Positions 40,186-55,230 of a stretch of DNA of 64,000 bases are shown here, in pieces (positions within the stretch are counted from its first letter, which is position 1; each line of letters begins with the position of its first letter). The translations under genes were made by a program, and so were the position numbers. Source of the stretch: Octopus vulgaris (Eukaryota); NCBI GenBank assembly GCA_951406725.2, contig OX597824.1, forward strand, positions 31,496,001-31,560,000. Reading direction: 5' to 3'. The notes beneath the pieces are model-generated. The model worked only from the letters and a program-made list of their open reading frames with translations. It was not told the DNA's origin and ran no database searches.

Positions 40186-40656
40186 TGCCGGCCACATATA
40201 CATATACACAAACTGAATGATAAATGGAAGTGGTTGATGTACATTTATTCATATATCTACATGCATCTGCGTGGGTTGTATGTTAGCTGTTAACCCTGGT
40301 GAGAAAAGTTCACAAATAGTGATATGTTAGAACCAGTGCAGTGTGTTGGTGCTGTGACGGCTCTGGTGAGAGACATGATGGTGGTGACGAAGATGGAGGT
40401 CGCTGTATGTGGTCAGCGGTTAGACCTTAGAAGGTCTGGAACCAACAGACCTCGAGGCTAGGAGGAGGTGAGTTTATATAGCTAACGGTAGGCTCAAATG
40501 CAATTTAGAACAGACTATCTCACGTGATTTATTTGGAGGCTGCGATCGGTTGGCATGCGATGGAGTAAGAGACAAATTGCACCAATATAAAGCAATCTGA
40601 GTGGTAGACACAACAGGGTCCAAAACAGCGTCCAAAGGTTAGCTGTTACTTGCTAC
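40186..40656 (-). mobile_element. Possible solo LTR
   Basis: GC-richer ~470-bp block. On the minus strand it has a TATA-like ctatataaa, then aataaa, and ends in CA. It starts CG rather than TG and no TSD was found. Confidence 0.3.
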
Positions 40657-42296
40657 GTTCGTATGTATGTATATGTAATAGAGAGAGAGGAAGTTCACTA
40701 GAGTTCGTTACACACCTCTCAATAAGAGGTATCTTTAGTCTATTAAAACTTTTTGATTCAGGGAATTTCTGTGCTGTATTTGCCAGGAAGGTGAGTTGGT
40801 TAAAGAGTGTGTATTGAAACTATAGCGACTGCAGCGTGGAAGACACATAACTGGTACTCTTTCGGTTAAGACAACGAGGGTTCCAGTTGATCAGATCAAC
40901 GGAAGAGCCTGCTCGTGAAATCAACGTGTAAATGGCTAAGCACTCCACACACACGTGTAGTTCTCGGGGAGATTCTGCATGACACAGCGTGTGACAAGGC
41001 TGGCCCTTTGAAGTACAGGTATTACTCTTTTTTTTTTTTGCCAGTTGAATGGACTGTAGCAACGTGAAGTAAAATAACTTGCTCAAGGACACAACACGTC
41101 ACCGAGAATTGAACACATGACCATATCATCGTCAGCCGAATACTCTAACGACTAAACCCGCGCCTTCACGGAAGACACATAGCCATTTTAATACATAATG
41201 ACTCCAGTTGAATCGCTTCAGTGATAAACTGAAGTTAATGTGTCGAAAATTTTGACACCATATAATAAATGTGAAGTTTAACAGTTTGATATGTTTTTGA
41301 ATAGTAAATATGTACAATCGTTTCGATGTGGTTACGCCAGTACCAAATTAGCTAGTTCTCTTTAATTACTTGATCAGCTTTTTATTTCAACATCGTAGGA
41401 TACCTTATAGTAATTTTAAACCGACAATTGGCAACGCTAGTATGAAAGGTAAAGATTGCTCTAACCGGATATGAACAGGTGAATAAATAAATAACCTTAA
41501 CGTTTTAAATTCCGATGATGTAATGGAAGTCAGCCTTTTATAGTTAAAAAGAAATGAAACGGTAGCGATTGTCAAAACAACTTTGCATTTGAGACAACCC
41601 CCCCACACACACACACACATACACACACTCACACACACATACACACATGAATATATACGTATGTACATAGATACATACATTTGTGTGAAGGAGAATATAA
41701 TGTATGTAAAGGTGACATGCGTGCGCATGTTGTGTATTGTATTTTTCTTTTCAATTGAAAAGGATACGTAATATATGTAGACAGATACAAACAACATAAT
41801 AGTATACACTTTTTTCCTGCTTTAATACTGCGATTCATAAATTTCTTTACTGTCACATTATTCTATCAGTTATAATTGTGACTGATATCTGCATTTTTAA
41901 AAGAAAATTTTTACCAACCATATTTTCCTGTGTGGCAATAGATCGGTAATACAAACTTCAACAGGTAATTATTTTAATTTTATCGACTTCTTCACCTATA
42001 TGTTAAACTTTGTATCTAGAGCAACCAAAGAAATACGAAGAGATGGCAAGACACATGCCTCTTTTACCACTTTGATCAAAATGTATTCATTTATGTGTAT
42101 AACATGTAGTTTAGGTGTTTAAAAAAAATTAACGAATTTTATGTGTATAGCAGGTCTTGATTTTATATACTCAAAGAGAACGACGTGAATTTCCTGAGAG
42201 AGTAATCAGATTATCATAAAATGTTTTTAATGGCGTTTAGGGATGACCATTTGCGTAGCTGATATGATTTTGGTAATACATTGAACATTTCTAATA

Positions 42297-42352
<56 letters not shown>

Positions 42353-42353
<1 letters not shown>

Positions 42354-43645
42354 GAGGGGCGTTCAATAAGTAATGCCCCTGACCCACTTCCCATAGCAGT
42401 AGAGCAACGAAACTTGGAACAGTTATTAGTCTTTTTCTACATAGGAACCACCCAGAGTTACGCATTTCTCCCATCGTTTGATGCAGCTCTGAAGACCGTT
42501 TTTGTAGAAGACCCCAGCTTGGTCCTCCAACCACGACGTGACTTCAGAAATCAAGGCTGCATCATCTGGGAAACGCTTTCCTTTCAAAAACAACTTCATG
42601 GCTGGGAAGAGATGAAAATCAGAGGGTGCAAGGTCAGGAGAGTAGGGGTGATGGGGGATGAGTTCATAGCCGCACGCCTGTGCTTCTGATCTGGCAACAC
42701 GCGAGTTGTGGATCGGAGCGTTGTCCTGCAGGAGGAGGATGCCTTTGCTGATCTTGCCCCGCCTCTTGATTTTGATAGCTTCTCTTAATTTCCTCAAAAG
42801 TGAAGCATAATAGACTCCTGTAATTGTGGCACCCTTTGCCAGAAAATCTGTCTTCACTACTCCATCCTGGTCCCAGAAGACTGTAAGCATGACCTTGCCA
42901 GCGAAGGGCTGCACCCTTGCCTTCTTTGGAGGAGGTGAGTCACGGTGCTTCCACTGCATTGACTGGGCTTTGGTCTCTGGATCATAGTGATGGACCCAGG
43001 TTTTATCCTATGCAATCAGTCTTTTGAAAAATTTTGACTCATCTTCTTGGCACATCTCCAAATTCATCCTCGAGCAATCGACGCGTTCTTGCTTCTGGAA
43101 AGGTGTGAGCAACCTGGGAATCCATCTGGCAGACACCTTTTGCATATGCAAATGGTCATGAATGATCGTTTCCACAGACCCGGTACTAATCTTGACCTCA
43201 TGGGCTATTTGGCGAATAGTTATGCGTCGATCTTCCAAAATGGCAGCCTCAACTTGACAGACAGATGCCTCATCAATGGCAGAGAGGGGGCGACCAGATC
43301 TGGGAGCTGTTTCCACAGAGTTCCGACCATGTTTGAATTCATGATGCCAGCCTTTTACAAGGTCATATGATGGGGCATCATCACCATAAGTTACTTTCAT
43401 TTCATCAAAAGTCTCCCGTGGTGTGCGTCCTTTCAAATACAAAAACCGGATCACTGCTCGACACTCAACATGCTCTATTTCACACTTGACTCAGTTCAAA
43501 CACCTGTAAATCGGAAACCACAATTAGTTTAGGGCTGTAATTTGCCACTTAATCTATAGAGATATAAATAATTGCACATGCACAATTTCAGCTAGATCAA
43601 ACAACTGCAAGTGGGTCAGAGGCATTACTTATTGGACGCCCCTCG
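42353..43645 (-). mobile_element. Full-length mariner transposon, transposase with one in-frame stop
   Basis: 1293 bp with TIRs cgaggggcgttcaataagtaatgcc / ggcattacttattggacgcccctcg and TA flanks. Motifs WIPRLL, D(K)TW, QDNA and HPYSPDLAPSD. The two ORFs are in one frame separated by TAG at 43008-43010. Confidence 0.95.
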
Positions 43646-43730
43646 TATGTATATATATATGTATATATAATATACATGTTTGTATACATATGTATATATA
43701 TATGTATATATACATATGGATATATATATA

Positions 43731-44756
43731 TCTATTTATAAAACTGAAATGCGGAAAGTTTGTTTGTTTGTTTGTTTGCCTGGTTTTGGCATTGAGAACG
43801 GGTTAAAGGCCACTAGACCCCGTCGGATTGACTCCAAAATTTACAGGGACATGTAAAATGAGGTGACGATGCCAGTGGGCTAGGTTAGAAGTCCCCATCT
43901 TAAAAGGTGTCGTTGCTAGGACCAAAAACGCACTTTGACAAGTCTACTATCATTATTTTATGTATCTGTCTTCCTCCGTCACTCACTATCTTTCCTCCCT
44001 TCCCATCACTTTCTATATATAACGTCGTCTAATAGCGTCTAACTCCCCTTCACTCTACTATCCTCAGATTCTATCCTTTCAAACTTTGGTTTCCAATTTT
44101 TTTTTTTTTATTCAGCTCGCAAGTTCGTCTGTCCCTTTTAAATGTTAATGTTTTGCTTTCTGCCTTGAAGCAGACCTTTCCGTTGTCACTGCCTGATATT
44201 TATGATTGACCTTTCAAACTACTTTCTTTCTCAACTTATTCAAGATCTTTTGTTGTTTATAAATGGGAGAAAGATAAAGAAAGATAGAGAGTAAGAGAAA
44301 GCGAGGGAGAGTCCGAGAGAAAGGAAGAGTAAGAGAGTGGGAAAGGGAGAGAGAAACAAAGAGGGAGAATCATCATCATCATCATCATCGTTTAACGTCC
44401 GTTTTCTGTGCTAGCACGGGTTGGACGGTTTGACCGGGGTCTGGGAAGCCAGGAGGCTGCACCAGGCTCCAGTCTGATCTGGCAGTGTTTCTACAGCTGG
44501 ATGCCCTTCCTAACGCCAACCACTCCGTGATTGTAGTGGATGCTTTTTTCGTGCCACCGGCACAGGTGCCACGGGGGAGTGCGCTGGCAGCGGCCACAAT
44601 CGGTTGGTGCTTTTTACGTGCCACCGGCACAGAAGCCAGTCGAGGCGGCGCTGCCATCGGCCACGTTCGGATGGTGCTTTTTACGTGCCAAAAGGATGCA
44701 ACAGAAAATAACAACCACACTCTTACCCGCGCGTAGAGCGGGTCACCTTAAGCTAG
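43731..44756 (+). mobile_element. Non-autonomous Helitron with nested RTE-tail repeat
   Basis: A|TCtatttataaaactg 5' end, and hairpin acccgcgcgtagagcgggt followed by CTAG|T 3' end. Confidence 0.85.
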
Positions 44757-44758
44757 TG

Positions 44759-44793
<35 letters not shown>

Positions 44794-44836
44794 ATATATA
44801 CATATATATATACATATGTATATATATATATGTGTA

Positions 44837-44883
<47 letters not shown>

Positions 44884-44924
44884 ATATGTATATATATATT
44901 TTATTTTATTTATTGTTTATTTTA

Positions 44925-47900
44925 TTTTATCTAGTTTCAGCTCACTAGCTGTGACCATGCTAGGGCACCGCCATTCGGTGTTGCTACATGATTTTACCTC
45001 ACGAATGCTTTTTAGCAATTGACATTTGGTGCATGAGAGAGTTTGATGCAGCTGCCCTCATCTGCACCTCCTGATGTGAAGTTGGTTCATCTGGGACACT
45101 TGACAGGAAGAGGTCCAGCTTTATTTTGAAGACATCTGCATCCACCTCATGCAGGTCCCTCAGGTCCTTCAGGAGGATATTGAAGAGCTGTGGACCTCTG
45201 AAGCCCAGGCTATCGCAGTATCTTGTCCTACATCTTCATGGCAAATTTGGAGTCCTTGGCACTATGCAGTGGCGCCCAGTTCTAGTATTTGTGTAACTCT
45301 CGATGCCAAAGTTTGGGACAAGTCCTTCCAGGATCTTCCAGATGTATATTATGGCATATCTTCTCGCCTACGCTCTAAGGAAAAGAGTCTTAATCTCTTG
45401 AGTCTTTCCCAATAGCTTATATGCTGCACAGAGGCTATCTTCTTCGTGTAGCTTCCTTGGATCGCCTCAAGTTCTGTGATCAACTTGACACTGGTTGGTG
45501 ACCATAGCTGAGAGCAATAGTCAAAGTGGCTTAGGACAAGTGTCCTCCAGAGGACCATCATGGTTTCCTGGTCTCTTGTTCTAAAAGCTCTAAGAATCCA
45601 TCCGGTCAGCCGCCTACATTTCATTGCCAATTTAGCAACATGCACATGAAAGGTTGCATCATTACTCATGTAAATACCCAGGTCTCACACTGATTGTGCC
45701 TCTGGGATTGCAATCCCTCCAGGTCCAGTGTATTCATTGGGTATTGCATTTAGTTTTGCATGCTGATAGCATAAAGCTTGAAACTTTTCAGCATTGAACT
45801 ACATACTATTCTTTTCAGCCCACTTGTATATTTTGTCCAGGTCACATTGCAGGTGCATAGTGTCTTCAGGGTTCTGTATTACCTGTGAAACGTTTGTATC
45901 ATCTGCATAACTTGTGATCGTGGCTCTCTGCGTGGCTGAGGGCATGTCTGAGAGGGCCATTATGAACAGCAGTGGTCCCAAAACAGTGCCTTGCAGATCA
46001 CCGCTCACTATTTGCGTGTTATTGGAGGTGGCCCTATTGGCTACTACCACCTGACTTCTATCCTTCAGAAAGTCATGAAGCCATTCTCCCAATTTTTTAA
46101 CTATGCCAAGATCAGGCAGTTTGTAACATATCATTCCATGATCAACTTTATCAAAGGCCTTTGCAAAGTCGAGAAATATCACTTCCACATTTGAGTGGTT
46201 GAGCAGTTATTTCAGCACCCAGTCATAGTGTTGTAGGAGCTGAGTTAGCCAGCTTCTTCCTGGTCGGAAACCATGTTGGGTGTCAGGCAGCAAGTCATTT
46301 TCTTCGAGGAAGGCGATTAGTTTTCTTCTGACTATTCATTCCCTGACCTTGCTGATGTGTGAGGTCAGAGAGATAGGTCTGTAGTTCTTAGCCACCGCTC
46401 TGCTACCTCCTTTAAGAATAGGGCATATTTTACCCTCCTTCAGTTTTCTTGGAAGTTTGCCGGTTGCAAGGAAGCTCTTAAAGAGGAACTGCAGTGGTCT
46501 TGCTAGGACTCTCTTACATACTTTTAGAAGGATTACTGGGAATCCATCGGGGCCAGTAGCTGAGTTTGAGTTCATTTCATCTATAGCCCTTTATTACATC
46601 GTCTTCCTTTATATTGATGTAATCAATCATCGTTGCCTCTGATTTTATATCTGCAGTGGTAAAGAAGTCAGTTGGATTGCTGACTTGAAAATGCCCTAGG
46701 GATGGAGTGAAAATACTTTTGAGTTGCTCATTTAGTATTTCACTTATTCTCATTGGATTTCCTGTGAGTGTACCATCTTTTTCAAGGAGTGGCCCTATCC
46801 TACAGTGCACCAAAGCTGTTTCTTTGGTAAACTTGTAGAAAGCTCTGGGGTTAGATTTTATGTTGTCTATAGCCCAGGCTTCTTTGTCTGCTCTTTCTTT
46901 TTCATGGGAGAGTTGCAGACATTTTTCATTTTCCAGCAGTTTTATTTTCAGGCGGGACTTTTCACTGCTTTCAATTTGTTTGTTTAGGCGATTTGAAACT
47001 TTTGCACGTCGTCTCATAAGAATTCTTCTCTCCCATGGGGATTTTGTTCTTGTGTACAGTGGCCTTTCTCTCTGGGACACATTTGTAGCATATGGCTTGC
47101 ATTACAGACATGAATTGTTGAAGTTTCATGTCGATGTCTACTGAGGAGAGACATTTAGGTCAGCTTTGTTTGAGGATCTCTTTCTCAATTTGTTTCCAGT
47201 TTGCCTTATGGAAGTTCAAGCTGGAAAGATTCTGAGAGTTTCTTGTAGGCTGCATGTCCATGCTTTCCTTTGGCCTGTACATGGTCAGCTCTACCATGTA
47301 GTGATCCGAGAGTAGGGGCGGTGTCACTTTCACATTATGGATGAGATCCATATTATTTGTGAAGCAGAGATCTAGTATGTTACCTGCCCTGGTTGGTTGA
47401 AATATTATTTGCTCCATGTACAGAATGTTGATGAGGTTCAGGAGGGACCTTGCATGTCCTCGTTCGCATCGTGTTATTCCTGGGAGAGAAAGGCCCTCGA
47501 GCCATCTGACATTGGGCAGGTTGAAGTCTCCCATAAGAAGTACACTTATGTGTTGTTCTAATGTGACTAGAACTTCTTCTAATTTTGTAAGGCAGTCTTC
47601 AAACTTGCCTACATGACTTGGAGCATCTGGAGGGCGATATGTAGCACATATAAATACACCGAGTTGCCTTATATGTACAATTAGTGTGTCACACACCGAA
47701 TTTGAGTATGACAAAAAGGACCTGGAGTGTGAGGTCCTCGCGGATGTACACAGCAACTCCACCATGACTCCTTTCTTTTCTGTCGGTCCGTAATACAATA
47801 TACTGTGGTATGTGTATTTCCGCATCTGCTATATCTGATTTCAGGTGTGTTTCCGTAATTGCTATGCATAAGGCTTGATTGCATGCAACAAGGTCTCTCA

Positions 47901-48780
47901 AGAAAGGGATTTTTGTCCTGTTACTGAGTGTTAGCATTCCTCTGATGTTCAGTAGGAGCATCGAGGTGATGTGTGTGTTGTTACCAGTGGTGTCCACCTT
48001 GGGTCTATTTGCTGTGGTGGTCTTGTGTATTTTGGATAGTCCCATCTGTGAGTTTGAGTTTGATGGAGCCAGGTTAGCTGCTGTACAATCTTTTGTGCTA
48101 TGCACAAAAAAGATTCTTGTTCAGCAGCTGCCCTTTCGATAACATGTTGATGGTTTGTAACAAACACGCACTACATCTGCGTACCTCCGTTTTGGGGCAG
48201 GTGGTGAGTAGTCCTTTCCTTTTCCTTTTGGCAGGTGGTTTCCGCCGTTTCATGTTCATGTGGCGGGGTCTTTGGTGTGCAAAACGGAAGCCTGCACCTT
48301 CCTCTCCATGCCAGCAGACACCTTTCAGGTAGAATTTACCCATTCGTGTGTGCTGTCTCTTTCTATCCTTTTGGTATATGGATAGTCAGGTTTGCTTCTT
48401 TCCTTGGCTGTTTCATCTTTTGTTTTTCTTTTAGTTTTTCCTTCTTTTACTTCTTTTTTTTTTTGGCTCTTTCATCTCCATTGTTTTGCCTTTTGATGCT
48501 GGTAGGGGCACTTTCACTTGGGTTTACTTCCCGGGTAGGTTTCTCACTCGAATCTTCTTTGTTGTCCTGGGTGTCTACCAAGTGGGGTGACATCTTCCAT
48601 CTGCATCCGTGCCTCCATCCTTGTAACCTTGGCTTTGTTCGTTGTCAAAGATGGCACCAAGAGTGCTGACATGGGATCTTATAAGTGCATAGGAGCGTAT
48701 AAACTCCTGCTTCTTTCGCTCTATCTGTGCTAACGTCCTGGTGTAACCATTGCTCTTCAGCGCAGCTGTAATTGTATTTA
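44925..48780 (-). mobile_element. Near full-length CR1/L2-group LINE (CCCH finger, APE, RT), frameshifted
   Basis: APE: LLNIRG, AITETHL, RTDR..RSHGGVAVYI, MGDFNLP, PTRAGNILDLCFTN, SDH. RT: ATGPDG, NYRPISLTS, FLDFAKAFDKVDH, QGTVLGPLLF, YADD. Upstream zinc-finger-like KFYLKGVCWHG...RFAH. Confidence 0.9.
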
Positions 48781-48832
48781 GAGAGACTGAGCAGGTGAGA
48801 GAAGATAAAAAGAGAGTGAGAGGAGGAAGATG

Positions 48833-49645
<813 letters not shown>

Positions 49646-49849
49646 TAAATATATATATAAATATATATAAAGGTTCTCTATATTTCTAAATAATTTTTTA
49701 AAATGAAACAATTTTAAACAAATGAAAAGGATTTATGAATAATTTTATAGAGATAGAGTGAGAAATTGATAAAAGCGAAATGGGCGCTGCAACAGAAATT
49801 GAAAGAAGATTATTCACAGAATGTAAACAGAAATGAGGTCCTATATATA

Positions 49850-49912
<63 letters not shown>

Positions 49913-50200
49913 TAGAAAATAACATCTTTTATCAATTCAAAATGAACAATTAAATTACACCATCTAGAAAATTACATATAATAGAAAAATTAAAATTAGA
50001 ATAACAATTAAGTGTAAAGATTAAGTAAATTGCAAAAAATATTAATAAAAACGTATATAATAGGTAGAAAAATGACATGTGTTTCGTGGCTATATTTAAG
50101 AAATGATTATAGTTGTAGAGAAATCACTTCGATATAAATGTAGTCGCTCATCAGGTTAAAAATAAACTAGAACAATAAAATAATTAATTAATAAATATGC

Positions 50201-50258
<58 letters not shown>

Positions 50259-50624
50259 ATTCTAAATATACATAAGGGAAAAATAAAATAATACATAAAT
50301 AATTAAATACCTAAAAATTAAATAAAATACACAAAGCTAGTAGAAGTCATTAAATTGTAATCGAAATAAGAAATATTTCAAATATAGACAAACTCCTTAA
50401 ATAAGCTAACCAAATAATAAATATACATGTGTAGTATCTAAAGATTTAATATAACAATCTATAACAAAATTGACTAAATATCAAATAATATAATACCTAA
50501 TTAACTTAAATTTAGTATTACAAATACATAAGCCACCTTCTTCCCATCTTTCCTGAGCGTCCTATAATACTTTATTTGTTCCACATCCTTGCGTTGTTGT
50601 CTTTTTGTTTTCTTGTTTGGATTA

Positions 50625-50691
<67 letters not shown>

Positions 50692-51274
50692 ATATAATAT
50701 AAAATATTATAATAAAAAAAGAGAGAGATATAATAATTAATATCTATCGTAAGTAATATCTATCAATATATATAAAAATATATAAAAAAAGATATAATAG
50801 CGAGAATAATATGTTAATGGAAAGTAAGAAAACCTATCAACCCCAAATTAAAGAAAGGTGCAAAAATATTAGAACCAAAGAACAATACACTATGAAGATG
50901 TACAATCACAATCACCAGTCCTCTACCAAACCAGTCAATAACAATAAATATAATAACAACGATCAAAGTCAAAATAATAACAGGATCTAACTAATATTGA
51001 TAAGCAAACTAAATTACTAATTTCAACGATTCTGTTAATCTATCTAGATTTTAAATTTATCAATATAATAAGAGTATCTTAATTAGACGCTTATCATATT
51101 GATAAATTTATTTGAAAGGATCAATGAAACAAATCCATTTTTAAAGGTATATCCTTTAACTAGTTTTGATCATATCGTTGTTCCTGTTCTATTTTAACAA
51201 AACTGGTATTTGAGTACTCTGGTACTCGAGTACTCTTTTTCTCCACCTTGTTTCACATTTATGTGCTTACTCCG

Positions 51275-51303
51275 GTATATAGGTATATATGCATATACAT
51301 AAG

Positions 51304-51346
<43 letters not shown>

Positions 51347-51637
51347 ATATATATATATATGTATATATATGTATATATATATGTATGTATATATATATAT
51401 GTATGTATATATGTATGTATATATATATATATGTATATCTATATATGTATATTTATATATATGTATATATTTATGTGTATATATATATATGTATGTATAT
51501 ATTTATGTGTATATATATATATGTATGTATATATTTATGTGTATATATATATATGTCTGTATATATATATAAATATATATGTATGTATATATATATATGC
51601 ATATATGTATATATATATATGCATATATATATATGAA

Positions 51638-51729
<92 letters not shown>

Positions 51730-51915
51730 GTATATATATGTATATATATATATGTATATATATGTATGTATATATATATGTATATATATGTATATATATA
51801 TATGTATATATATGTATATATATATGTATATATATATATGTATATATGTGTATTTATATATATGCATATATATTTGTATATATATATATATATGTATATG
51901 AATGTATATTTGTAT
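51275..51915. repeat. Degenerate (TA)n/(TATG)n microsatellite
   Basis: Directly visible. Source of the YI-repeat ORFs. Confidence 0.95.
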
Positions 51916-52060
51916 ATTTTTCTGAGAAAAATTCAGTGGGTAAAGTTCCATCTTTTTCAGCTGTTTCTCCTTTCTACTTGTGTAGAGTCGCTCAATTTTT
52001 TTATAAAAAGGAGCGGGTTACACCGGAGTAAGCACATAAATGTAAAACAAGGTGGAAAAC

Positions 52061-52106
52061 AAAACTGTCCGACGAACGGGAACGTGAAAATCTGAGTAAC
52101 AGTTTT
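52061..52106 (+). ncRNA. Minimal type I hammerhead ribozyme motif (Penelope-associated), variant core
   Basis: aaaactgt-CCGACGA-acg(ggaa)cgt-GAAA-atctgag-TA-acagtttt gives an 8-bp stem I, a 3-bp stem II and a GUA cleavage triplet. Confidence 0.65.
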
Positions 52107-55100
52107 TCTTATATTTCTGCTGCTTTTAAATAGAGCATATTACTCTACCTTTGGTATTTGAGTACTCTTTTTTCCACCTTCTTTATGAAGGAAAAAAATT
52201 AAGGAAATTAACAACTCGAATAAGATCTTCGTTATTTCTGATAAGACAAGAAACATGCACTTGATAAAGGAGTTTGCAAGTGTCTAATTTCGAATAGCAT
52301 CACGGATACATACAAAAAAGATAACACAAATATATACAAAGAGGTGAATTTTGAAGCAAGAAGAATAGCTAATAATCTTAAGATTAGCGATAGGATAGAA
52401 TATCTTTCCCCGCAATCCGCTTTTATTACCCTAAAAGTCCATCAAGCCAATTTTAATAGAAACCCTAAGTGTAGATAGATTAATCCGGCTAAAACTGAAA
52501 TAGGCATTATTAGCAAATATATTTTGGACCGTATTTTAACTAAGTTAGATAGTGAATTAGATTTGAGAATTTGGAAGAATATTAAGTCAGTTATAGATTG
52601 ATTCAAAGAGATTAACTATAAGTATAACTGCAATTTTATGCAGTTTGATATTATTGACTTTTACTCGTCAGTATCTAGGCCTTTACTCCTAAAAGCATTA
52701 GACTTCGCCAAGCAGTATGTCAACATCGATAACTCGGAAATAGATATTATTATACATGCGAGGAAATCACTTCTTTTTTACGAGGATTCCACCTGGGTTA
52801 AGAAGAATGAGGATTCTCTTTTCGATGTACCGATGAGGGCATACGACGGATCTGAGTTATGTATGCTCATAGGAGCTTATATTCTACACAATCTAAAACT
52901 AGAATTCCCGATTATAGACGCAGGTTTATATAGGAATGACGGCCTTATAGTCACTCATAATTTCAACGGCCATGAATCAGATAAACTTAGGAAGGACCTT
53001 ATTGCTTTCTTCCAAAGGATAGGTTTACGGGTTACGATAGATACTAACCTGAAAAGTGTAGATCTTTTTAGATGTAAATTTGGATTGAAGGTCGGATAGA
53101 TTTAAACCTTACCGTAAGCTTAATGATAAGCTATCATATATTAGCAAAGAATCAAATCATCCGCCAGTTATTCTTAGGAACTTAGTCAGTCATGTAGGTA
53201 GACGAATATCGTCAATTTCTTCGGATGAGGCAACATTCCAAAATGCTGCACCTTGTTACAATAACGCATCTGAGAAGATCCAGTATAACCTACTTAATGC
53301 TAGCAGTAATGCTACACGTAGAACTAGGAGTAGGAAAGTTTTGTGGTTCAACCCAGCTTTCAATTTGGCCGTAAAAACAAATGTAGGTAGGGAATTCTTG
53401 AAATTAGTCTCTAGACATTTTCAACCTGACCATAAGTTTTATAGAATATTTAATAGAAGAACGCTTAAGATCAGCTATTATTACTGCAGAAACTTCGCCT
53501 TTTTCATTAGCCAACACAACAGTAGGATAATTGCTAATAACCATAGTGCCAATTCTCTTCTTAAAAATTTTAATTGCAATGATGGGTCCTGCTGTCCGTT
53601 GGAAGGAAAACGTCTGGAGAAAGGAATCGTTTATAGAGCCAAGGTGCAGATAGAAGGCTCACACGAATATAGAACTTATACAGGGTCTTCCGAAAATTCT
53701 TTTAAAACCCGATTCTATTCGCATAAAAATTCCTTCAGAGACCCCGAAAATAGGACGAGAACCAGCCTAGCGAAATATATCTGGGAATTAAAAGAAATAG
53801 AAGTCCGATCTTTCAATGTGACATGGAGTATTTTGGATAGAGCTGCACCGTACAGGCACGGTGCACATAAAAGAACTATCAAGTGCGACTTATGCCTGTT
53901 GGAGAAATATTTCATTTTATTCCCAAACAATAACTCTTTAAATCAAAGAAGCGAACTCTTGAATTCTTGCAGGCATGCAGCTAAATTTAAGATGTCGGCT
54001 AGCAAATCACACTGTTGGATTTGTTTCTTATTATGCATGATTTATTTCTCATCGCAAAGTTATTATGTATATTTCGACATATTTCTTTAGGAAAACCTTC
54101 GAATGTTATATACAAATATTATTTTCTTGTTTAGGATTCTGCTTTTATTTTATTTTATTTCATTCTATTGTATTTTATAAGCCCATTTTAACCGTTTAAT
54201 TTATAGATAATTCGATATAGGGTGTTCTATTTTGCATGTCTTTTATCTAAATTTTATTATTATGCACTCAGCAATTTTTTTAAAATAATGATGTTTGTAT
54301 ATATTTCAGGACCTAGACATGTTTTTATGTGAATATTTGTATTGTTAGCCTGTATATGTATTCGTATGTATGCGCCTATGTATATGTGTAAGTAAGCATG
54401 TATGTTTATACTTATGCACATACATACATGGATGTATATGTATGTATGTATTCACTTGAATTTGTGTGGTTGTGTATATACGTACTTATCTCTATATATT
54501 TATACATGTGTTCTTATATGTGTATTTACTGCTAATATACACTTTTATATACACATGTTTACGTAATTTTATTTTGTGTAAGTTCATTACGCATATTCAG
54601 ACTTCTTGCTTTTTTCCTTTCTTTCGTTAAAGAAAAGTACTATTTCTCCCCCTATTCGTTACTTGTATAGAGTCCTGTAACTGTACACCCCTCCCCTTCT
54701 CTTACTTCTTTAGCTATCTGTTGCTTATAAGATCGTTACCTTTTCTTTTTCTATTTCTTTCCCCTCTCTGCGTTTTACTTCTCGTCTATATGTATACACC
54801 AAGTGATTTTTGCATGCGGGCAAGATTGTGTATACATATGTATATGTGTATTTGTGTGTATATTTACGTCTTGCATATATATATGTCTGCATATGTATGT
54901 GGTCTGTGTATTTGTATGTATATATGTATATTGATGGTTTAGTATACGTATATACTGTTGTGAAATATTAAAATTTTTAATGTATTAATTGTATTAATCG
55001 AATTATATTTCATATATAATTAATGACAGTATGTATTTTGAATCCGCTCTTCGATTTAAGGTTATTCCTCGATTTTTATAATTTATAATTTATATTGAAT

Positions 55101-55230
55101 TAATTTATTATTGCTTATTTTGTTTATCGCATGCTTAAGACCGTTGAAAGGACCAATGAAACAAATCCATTTTTAAAGGTGTATCCTTTAACTAGTTTTG
55201 AACATATTGTTATTTCTGTTCTATTTTAAC

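Noticed and set aside
50073-50157. Minus-strand CTGATGA...GAAAC..GTC hammerhead-like motif; similar degenerate ones near 7850, 21105, 24345 and 39368
   Set aside because: Stem I pairing or core nucleotides are missing. Probably decayed Penelope-end motifs, not supportable as ribozymes.
51248-52095. Several long YI/CI-rich ORFs
   Set aside because: TA/TG microsatellite translations.
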